DNA of 64,000 nucleotides, taken from contig OZ024742.1 of assembly GCA_964016885.1 (NCBI GenBank), forward strand, positions 144,584,001 to 144,648,000, written 5' to 3'. The translations under genes were made by a program, and so were the position numbers. This stretch comes from Eledone cirrhosa (Eukaryota). Positions 54,403 to 64,000 of the stretch are shown here, piece after piece (position 1 is the first letter of the stretch; each line of letters opens with the position of its first letter). A model generated the notes under the pieces. That model saw only the letters and a program-made list of their open reading frames with translations. It did not search any database and was not told the DNA's origin.

Positions 54403-55539
54403 ATTTCTAGAATGTCCTCCTTTTGGAATTACTTCTCTCCTCATGCTTCCCTGTAACCGTCAATTTGAAGTTGTTCATGAGATACATTAACTGTATCAAT
54501 CTGACTACGAGGGTCTACGAACACTATGGCCAGAGCTCCTTCTTCAAGACCAGCCCATTAAAAGCTATAGAATATAAGATTTAAGATCTTATATGATCTG
54601 TGTTTCGATTGTGTTGCGCTTGACTGCACCGGTTGATCTGTTTCAAGGTATGTTCTGATGAACACAGTAGAGATGAAGTAATCTCTCGGTGATCTGAACT
54701 CGTAATCCAGTTTCGATTACCAGTTAGAAAACTTTCACTTTACTAATATCAGATGTGTTCTTAGAATAGGCATGAACGCTATAATAGCTGATTTCCTTTC
54801 ATCTAAAACATGAAATATTGCGCTTAGAAAATAAATCAATACACGAAGATAATTTGTTGAATTGATGCGAAGGTAGACTGCGATGTCATATACAAATCTC
54901 CAATTAGCTGGGGACGAAACGGGCAATGTCTAATAAATATTTATGTATAGAGATATGTACGAATGGTGAAAGGCATAAAGTATGTAAGTTTCAGACAAGT
55001 CAACACTGAGACCCGGTTATAATTCCCTCGTTGACCCTATTTTATTTACACCACTATTTGACGCCGCCAAATCGCATAGGCAGCAAATCCTATTCTCCCC
55101 CTTTTTTGAAATTGTCAGAAATGTGTGCCTACTCTAAATAGTTATGATGATTTATTTTTTTGTGTGTAACCCCCCCCCCCTATACATGTATATACAAAGT
55201 GTGTAAAAGAGTATAATATTTTTGTTGCATACACATACATACTTACATACACAAACAATACACACACATAGCGCATGGTCGAGTCGTTGGCGACACAAAG
55301 CTTGGAGGAAGATTTGTGGACATCCTGTGAAATTAAAAATGAAACCCATGAAAGTTTGTAAAATCACCAGCTACAGAGTATAAAATACTGGATTGGTGAC
55401 GAGCACAGGATAATTCATTTCAATTTTAAGGTTTGAGGGCCCCTTAAAGCCGTTTACGTCACACTCTAGAGATGGTGTCTCAAAAAAAAACAAAAAAAAA
55501 AAAACACTGGTCGTAGTGGAACCTTAAAACCACTAACCT

Positions 55540-58130
55540 CAATAGGTGAAATGAATCAAAACATTTGTTTACACAAAGACATGAATGGTGCTGGAGCTAC
55601 TAGTGAAGGTGCCTCGACCAACAGGTGTCCTGTGGTTGAGCAGCACAGGCATGGTGGTCATCATGACACTGCTAGAATGAAGTAGAGTAAGGAGGTAAAC
55701 AAGGCTGTTATGGAGTGTTATTTTAGAAGCAAGCCTGTGAATGAAAATGGTGGGCCAATTAGAGGATATTGACAAAGAATACTACGAGTATGGCAGGAGA
55801 GATGGGGCTCTTTGAAGTAACTGAACAGAGGATTTGTGACCAGGCAAGGGCAATGGTAAAAAACGAACGGCTATCTGTGATTGAGGTTGAAATAATAAAG
55901 AAAAAGATGAGCTAGGTGGGTATGGTGGATATAGAAGCTCAGGGTTTTGGAGATTCAAATAGAGATGAGACTATGGAAAATGATGGAATCCAACAGGAAG
56001 AGGAGGAATTGAATATTCGAGATGATGTGGGAGGTGACATGTATATTGATGAACTGAAGGACATATCAGAAAAAGACAGACGGATGATTGCTGACATATT
56101 GGAAATCTTTAAATCAGGAAGCACTAATCCAAAAAATGTTTAAGAAGCAAGCCAAAGTTGGCTAAAAGAAATAACTTTAAAGTAAACAATATCCTTGACA
56201 TGGTTCCAACTAGAACCATCACAGAAACCAACAATATAATTAGCGCTGCAAGTATCTACATTGCTAAAGAGTTAGGTCTGAAACAGGGAGACTTGGAGAT
56301 AACAGATATGGTAACTATCCTGTGTAGAAAGATACCAAATTGGAAAGCTCCGGCAGAGACGGTGTGCAACGGTTCTGGTTGAAAAAGCTGGGACCCCTTC
56401 ATGGGAGAATTGCTGAGTAACTGAATAAGATCTTGAATGGAGAAGAGGGTTTGCCAGGATGGCTAACCTTTGGGAGAACGATCTTGTGTCTGAAGGAGCC
56501 AGCAAAGGAAATACAGTTGACAACTTTAGACCTATCGATTGCCTCCCCATCATGTGGAAGCTTTTGACAGGTGTCATTGATGAGGCAGTGTTTGAATACC
56601 TGGAGGAGACATTACCTGAAGAGAAGAAGGGATATATGGGAAGAAGCCGTGATACTGAGGATCAATTGTTGATTGATAAGGCGATTCTTAAAGATTGTAA
56701 AAGGAGACACACAAACCTTGCTATGACCTGGATCGATTACCACAAAGCATCCAGGGTGCCAGATAGTTGGATAGTAGAATGTTTGGAAATATTTGGTATT
56801 GCAGCTAACATTAGATAGATTTTAGTGAGCATTATAGATGGCTGGAAGACTGAGCTGACATCATGTAGACAGACATTGGGAGTTGTGAAGAGCAAAAGAA
56901 GAATATTTCAGTGAGATAGTATTTCGCCTTTGCTGTTTGTATTGAGTATGGTTCCACATTCATTAGTGTTGAGAAAGTCAAAGGCTGGTTACGAGTGGGG
57001 AAGACGTGAGTTTAAGATAAACCACCTGCTGTTCATGGATGACCTAAAACTTTACGGAAAATCCGATGAATATATTGATTCCCTTGTACAGACAGTTCAT
57101 ACATTTAGTACGAATATAGGAATGGAATTCGGCATAAAAAAGTGTGGGGCGCTACTACTGAATCAAGGTAGAATTGATATGATGGAAGGAATTGTATTAC
57201 CAGACGGACAAGTTATGAAGAAAATTTACAACGGCTATAAGTATGTAGGCGTCCTGGAAAGAGACAAAATGAAAGAGAAGGAAGTGAAAGAACTCTTATC
57301 AAAGGAATATAAAAGGAAACTGAAATTGGCGTTAAAGACAAAGTTAAGCGGTGGGAAAAGATTCTGGCTTTCCACACATGGGCTGTTGCAGCTCTAAGGT
57401 ATAGCGTTGCTGTGATAGAGCGGAAACGTGATGAACTTAAGGATCTTGATAGAAAGACCAGGAAAATAATGACACTACAAGGGGATATACACCCCCCAAA
57501 GGTGACGTAGACAGGTTGTATCTATCACGACAGAGAGGAGGGAGCAGTCTCATAAGCTGTGAAATGTGTGTGAAGTCGGAGGAAAATAATCTGGCATGGT
57601 ATGTAAAGAATTCAAAGGAGAGATTGACGGCAGGAGTAAGAAAGTTAAAAGTCTTAAGCAGTGATGAATCAAAGGAAAAGGGAGAATTTAAACAAGACAG
57701 ATGGAATAACTTGAATAGAAGGAAGGAAAAAAATGTATGGTCAATTCTTGCGTGAAATGCCTGAGACAGTTGACAAAGATAAGAACTGAGAATGGACTAG
57801 GAAAAACGACTTAAAAAATGAAACTGAAGCTCTTATTTTCACAGCCCAGGAACAGGCACTGAGAACGAACTATATCAAGTTCAATATTGACAAGTCAGTG
57901 CATTCCCCACTTTGTAGCTTGAATGGTGAGAAAGGTGAAACAATAAACTATATTATTAGTGAATGTAAGATGCTTGCTCAGAAAGAGTACAAGAGAGGCT
58001 ATGACAACATTGCCAGATTGGTTCATTGGAAGGTATATCATAAGTAGGACATGAGCAGAAGTAAGAAATGGTATGAGCACCAACTGGAAAGGGTTGCTGA
58101 AAATGAACAGTATAAGGAGAAATTTTGGCA
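55540..58130 (+). mobile_element. Decayed, internally deleted R4/Dong-clade non-LTR retrotransposon
   Basis: N-terminal NKAVMECYFRSKP...EQRICDQAR; [70 protein letters not shown]; AQEQALRTN and decayed CCHC; 3' end missing. Confidence 0.88.
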
Positions 58131-58329
58131 TCTAAGACTGAGCGTGACGTAGTAGCTTTCATTGCTATCTTAGCATTGGAAGAGTGTAGCTTGGCACCAT
58201 CCACTTCAAAAACAAAAATTAGTAAAGTTACCCGTCATCCTCGAAAATGCAACCGGTGGTATAATTTCTGTGGCATTCTTCTTCTTGAGTATGAAACTCT
58301 TGCAGTCAGAGTTTGTCATTCGCCTGATA

Positions 58330-58720
58330 GAGACCAGTGATCAGTTTCCAGGGCCCACCACGAGGAGGTCGGCAACATGGCCCCCATTTCTGTGGTTCCT
58401 GACACCATTACAGTGACGTCGTCTGCATATGTGAACTCGGTTCTTTCATGTTATAGTCCGAGCTGGATGACCTTCAATACCCAGTATATGCTCGAGTCAA
58501 TCCTTATAGAAGGGATGAGAGAAGACATCTTTGATGAGCCGAGCGTGTAATGCAGAAGGATTTCGAAAGGAGGCCATTTATTCTGATCACCAAGTAGATG
58601 CAGCTGTATATTAAAGTGATGCGGCCTCGTAAAACGGGACTGTAAGCAGTTGCCTTGAGGGTAGCCATGAAGTATTGATGATTGGCCCCACCAAAAGCTT
58701 TCGATTGACTAAATTGATCA
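58330..58720 (-). mobile_element. Highly decayed Tx1-like RT fragment
   Basis: Minus strand has QSKAF and YADDV coding (catatgcagacgacgtcac), homologous to 5440-5770. Confidence 0.65.
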
Positions 58721-59047
58721 GATACTAACCAAAGCATTATGGATTCTAATTTAGGCTGAAGGCTAGCAATTTTTGAGGAGAAGTGATACCCAAGAAGGAT
58801 GAAAGGCGAAGTTTGCCACGATAGAATTTGAAGTGAGAATGAAGAGCCGAATGAAATACCACAAGGTATTTTGTCCAATGTTCTAATAAATCTACCAATC
58901 CCCCTGCCTTAATGATAATAATAATGTGTTATTTATTAACCATACGCATTCATGCATAACAGTTAAAATAGGGTGTTATAAAATACATGAAGATAAACAA
59001 GACAAACATAACAACGAGGCGTTAATAAGAATATTATATAAGAAAAA

Positions 59048-59198
59048 GGGCCGTGGATTGGCAGTATCGTCCCTTGCCATACTGAGTTCAAATCCCGCCG
59101 AGGTTAACTTTGCCTTTCATCCTTACGGGGTCGATAAAATAAAGCACCAGTAATAGACTGGGATAATTGCTGGCCTTGTGCCAAAAGTAGAAACAATT
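59048..59198 (+). mobile_element. Family 1 SINE, internally deleted, with TSD
   Basis: ATTATATAAGAAAAA duplicated on both sides. Confidence 0.9.
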
Positions 59199-59659
59199 AT
59201 ATAAGAAAAATATTATAAAGTGATAAAAATACTGAATAAATGTAGAATTAAATCAAATATAAAATAATTAAAACAGGATACAATTTAATTAAAAAACACG
59301 AAAAACATTTCTGATAACCTGCACACACGTGGGGGAAAAGCCGTTAGTTAGGATAGGACAGAAGGCATACATCACTAGCTTCCTGCCACTCATCAAATCT
59401 AATGTATCCAAAGGTGCCTATGAACATCTTTGGTATCGAATTGGTTATGAAATCTTCAGCTTTCTATAGGTATAGGTTACAGGATGCTCGTATAGTTTTC
59501 AGTAAATCACCAAACGTTCGTTTACTTTGTTTAGTAGTTCTATCAGTTTACCGTATGATCTGCGAAAATCTGAGAACCTCAATTTGACAGGAAGGGGGCT
59601 GTCAGAAATGGGAGGCACATTACACTTTTTACTTCATTATATTTAGGCGCCTGGATTTA

Positions 59660-59849
59660 AGGCGGTGGATTGGCAGTATCGGTAGAGGGTCGGACGCCAT
59701 GCTTTGCAGCAAAGAGTTACGGCCCTTTATGGTCTGAGTTCAAATCCCGCCGAGGTTGACTTTGCCTTTCATCCTTACGGGGTCGATAAAATAAAGTACC
59801 AGTAATGTACTGGGTAATTGCTGGCCTTGTGCCAAAAGTAGAAACAATT
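59660..59849 (+). mobile_element. Family 1 SINE, full length
   Basis: Consensus head, B-box, central domain and tail. Confidence 0.92.
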
Positions 59850-60699
59850 ATATTTATACACCTGACTTTGCACATATTATAACTTGATGCCCCATCCACC
59901 AAAGTTAACTGTTAGCATTTGGGCGGCTAGATGTGGCATGAAGCATCTCACGTCTACTGCCTGGGTTAGCTTTTCATTATCGAAGTTAATTTGGTTTTTA
60001 CCTATACTTTATATTTCAAATGTCTTTGGAATTTCTCAAGCCTTATTTATCTTTACCAATAAGCAGCATTTTGCTTCAGGTCACCTATATGTTTCAAGAG
60101 GTTAACATTAGTGGTTCACGTAACCACAGGAGAATGTCCCGAAGAAGGAGTTTCTTCTTGTATGTTAGGGTTGACCTTTATTTCTCTAACTTGTGCATTG
60201 CGCCCGACAATCCCCCCTCCCCCGCTCTTTATCAATATTCTCATAATAATCGCAAGATGATGGGACGCCATTACTGATGATGACTGGAAGAAAAGCACTC
60301 GCGGATCAAGGCAACTTCCTCCAGTGTCTTTGGAGCTGCAATTGCTGGTGGTATTGTTGGAACCGTAAACACCCACTACCTGCGCGATCTGCAGTTGCAG
60401 CATGTCCTACCGTCATCCACCGCTCCCTCCTCCTCTCTTTGCCGTAAACCACCAGTTTCATTGCCACAACGGGGAACAGAATTGGAATGGCTTTATTTTA
60501 TATTAGATCCGTTAGAACTAGACAGACCATTCTGATCCCTTTCGACTACATGTTGTTTCTCATAATCTCTGCACTTATGGTCTGATTGTATTAGGTTACA
60601 ATGGTGACATCGAACAAAGGGTCATTTTCACAATCATTGCCATAACTTGTATTGCACAGGTCCATGTATCTTTTAGCAAAAAGGACAATAAAAAGAAAT

Positions 60700-61030
60700 T
60701 TGGTGAGACAAATTAGTCGAGTCAATAGACCCCAATGCTAGATTTTATCGACTCCGCAAAGAATAAAGGAAAAGGTCATATCGACAGGATTAGAATCCAG
60801 AGAGTAAAGAGCCGAAGTAAGTACTTACAAGGCTCTTTGTCTGATGTTCTAACGATTCTGCCAAACCATTGCCCGTATAATTTAGAAGAAATGGAACAGT
60901 CACTTATACTGATGCCACTATTTTACTGGCGCTTTATTTTAGAAAGATAAAAGACAAAGTTGACAGTGTTGAGATTTGAACCGAGAACGTAAAGCAACAG
61001 AATAAACACAACAAATGCTTTTGTTCGAAT
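60700..61030 (-). mobile_element. Two old decayed SINE remnants
   Basis: ttttatcgactccgcaaagaataaaggaaaaggtca and gaaagataaaagacaaagttgac...gatttgaacc resemble the reverse-complemented central domain and B-box. Confidence 0.55.
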
Positions 61031-63100
61031 CTCTCAACATTTCATTTGGTATTAGATTCTTACTATTTTTAAAGTTTCTTTTATCTGGAAACATGAAATA
61101 AAGATTCTTTCTTAAGTGGATATAATATGAATAAAGAGACTGATATTAGAATTGCCAATTTTAATAATCTCAAGAATATTAATAAGTTAAAGTAACCTTA
61201 AAATCACTGTATGAATTAAGTTTGGCTCACTAGAAGAGTTTACGTTGATATTTGTATCTTCCGGAAGAATGTGGTAGTTTAATATTTATTAAGGCAGGTT
61301 GTATATATGGACTCGTAACTCCTTGTGAAGTCGTGGGGGTGTTGCAGTGACATATTGGGCAATTTAAATAAGAGATATAAGGGGAAAATCGATATTTGAA
61401 TGGTACCTTTTTAAATTGACATCGAAAGGATGAAAGGCAAAGTTGACCTAGATGAGAATTGAAGTGAGAATGCGATTTACTGTCGATTTACTGCCTATTT
61501 TTAAGGAGGTATTTATATTTGGATGCTACCTTGATACGGAAATACAGTTATGTTTTATTAGAAAATTAAATATCAGCTGATTAAAGTAAAGCCACCGATT
61601 GGAATCCTATCAATCCTATCTTGACCAAAAAGGGATCACAGTTTCGAAGTTGTGAAGAAAAGACATTGTTTTAAATAGCTGAATTTCATCTCAGCTAAAT
61701 CAGATAACAGTTCTTTTCGATACCCTATTAAATTATTTCATGTCACACATATTCGTTTGTTAACGATAAATGTGATTCTGTTTTGCATGTATTATATTTC
61801 AGCTATAATCTGAAGGAGATTGTGTGGAAGTGGCATATATGCAGTAATAAAAAAAATGGTTAAGCAATCAAGATTGTTTAAAGTTTTATCTTATAGTCAT
61901 AATCAAAGAAAAACGAGGAGCGGATGGATAATCTTAATTTTTCTAAAAGAATGAAATTTGTTTTTTAATCTAACTTATTGAAGAAATGTTAATATTGAAG
62001 AAATGTGATATGGTATCAGATGCCTAATACACTGTTTCTCTTCTCTCAATTGATTGCATTAAGAATATTAACATTTTTAACGAGATATTCGACACTTGAT
62101 ACTTTCTAAGAAAACGCCTTAACTAAAAGAGGAACGTAAACGTACTTAACAACCGAAATTATATATCTGGTGAGTTAATCAACTCTACGCAAACATAATA
62201 TTCACTGAGGGATTTATATCACACCCACTAAACACCGATGAATTCGAATATATATGTTGCTTCAATGAAAAGAACGTCCAACCTTATCTAAGGCAGTTAC
62301 GAATATATTCAAAAGAACTGCAATATGAACTTAGCAAAATAGTTATGCAACACTTTAGTTTCGCCTTTTTGTCCAAAATATTTTCCTCTTTCCTTCTTTT
62401 ATACTTTTATAAATGCTACATGTATTCAGCCATCCTCGTACCATTTCTATTAGATAGAATGGTATTGGAAACTATTTTCGTTTTACGTATACAAATTTAA
62501 TTTCAGGTAAATGCAATCTGTTTCTACTCCTTTTACCCCAATTAGCTTATGTAATTTTGTTGATGACGAGTGATTTTGCTAGTTTCATCCAGAAGCGGCT
62601 TTTATATAATAAGGAACAGCGAATGTTATTAGAATTACTACTGTGTTTATTTATTTTTTCTTATTATTGAATCACATCATCGATGGCTGTTTTCTGCATC
62701 ATTTTTATTGTACTTTGCTTTTTGTTCTTTCAAGTTCCGCCTGGCACTATACAAGAATGTTATGTCAATCAAAGTAAGAACTTGTTCTCAGGTTATTCTA
62801 CGCCCGGTTAATATTCTAGCAATGCTATCTAAAAAAATATACATTAAGAAAAATATATTTCATCACCTGAAGAGCTTTTTGCAAATATCCCCTGTATATT
62901 CCGTATCTGTCTTATTGTACATTCTAATGTATAAATACGTGTATACATACGAGTGTGCATTGTTTTTTTATATGTCTGCAAGTAGACATATAGACATATG
63001 TATATATATAATTGTTTGTGGTTTTAGCAAAATACAACAACAATGACTCTTATATTTGCAAAGATTTTATGTATACGCATATGTACAATTGTGCATGAAT

Positions 63101-63168
<68 letters not shown>

Positions 63169-64000
63169 TAAATATGTGTGCAATACAGTTGGAATCCGTA
63201 TTGTATCAATCTATATATACTTATATATGAATATATTTATATGCTTTTAGGTAGTAAAGTGTTGTAAATCATGTGTATCTGTAGGTGTATGTACATCAGT
63301 GTATGAATGTATTCTATTGTCAAACAGCATATGTATTTATTCACAAGTATTTCTCTGAGTAATTGTGAGCATATATATGTATTTCGGGCATTCTGCCACG
63401 AATGCTCTTTCTTTTCATAATAGCTGTATATTCAATCAAAATTCTATGTTTCGATTTTCCTTACGGGTAAGCCCTCTATGGTACTTGCTTCGATATCATT
63501 TCTGAAAAGAAGATACTCATGGTTAGATAGATTTGGTGGAGTTGCCTTTTGTATTATATGGATTATTCTGTGAATGGGGATACACAGTAATTGTATTGTA
63601 GTTGTTTACCAGTATCTTTCTGGTTTCTGAGGAAGTTTGGTTATTTCCAAAACAAATCATACTAGTTTTAAAATGTTGACGGTCGAACGAAATCGTGAAT
63701 CCATAGAGAATAATAATCTGTGAATCAAAGACTAGAATATTCGAATACAGAATTTTATCATCTTTGACAAAATATAGCAGCAGTAGCAGCAATATAAAGG
63801 ACCTCCAGCTGTTGCGATGTCGGTACCATTTCATGTAATAGCAAATTCTAAAATATATTATTCAAACTTGTGTAAGGTGGCGCTTTGATGAGAATTATTT
63901 TACAACTGTTTGTGCATGTTTTTTTTTAATAAAGAAAGGAACAAAAAATCCATTCATGCTGTTTCAGGCATTGTTCATACTTTTTCAAGTTAAAAAAAAA

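Overview
AT-rich, microsatellite-saturated eukaryotic DNA made almost entirely of nested transposable elements. The SINE and LINE repertoire suggests a coleoid cephalopod such as Octopus (inference, not tested). No convincing host protein-coding gene was found. Contents: one near-full-length but disabled Tx1/L1-clade LINE plus three fragments; at least five decayed Penelope-like retroelements (PLEs; RT and/or GIY-YIG) and many solo or inverted PLE pseudo-LTRs inserted in (TA)n tracts; a decayed R4/Dong LINE; RTE remnants; a complete non-autonomous Helitron; a candidate 14.3 kb hAT-like TIR element holding many nested insertions; and about 20 tRNA-derived SINEs. The most notable hidden layer is non-coding RNA: at least eight minimal type I hammerhead ribozyme motifs from different families, plus degenerate or permuted relatives. 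They sit in pLTR-like segments, often just before an AATAAA-like signal. These segments are repeatedly arranged as inverted repeats (arms 20 bp to 2.5 kb), and several fold-back or truncation points lie in the ribozyme itself. All structures were read by eye; none was folded or searched computationally.
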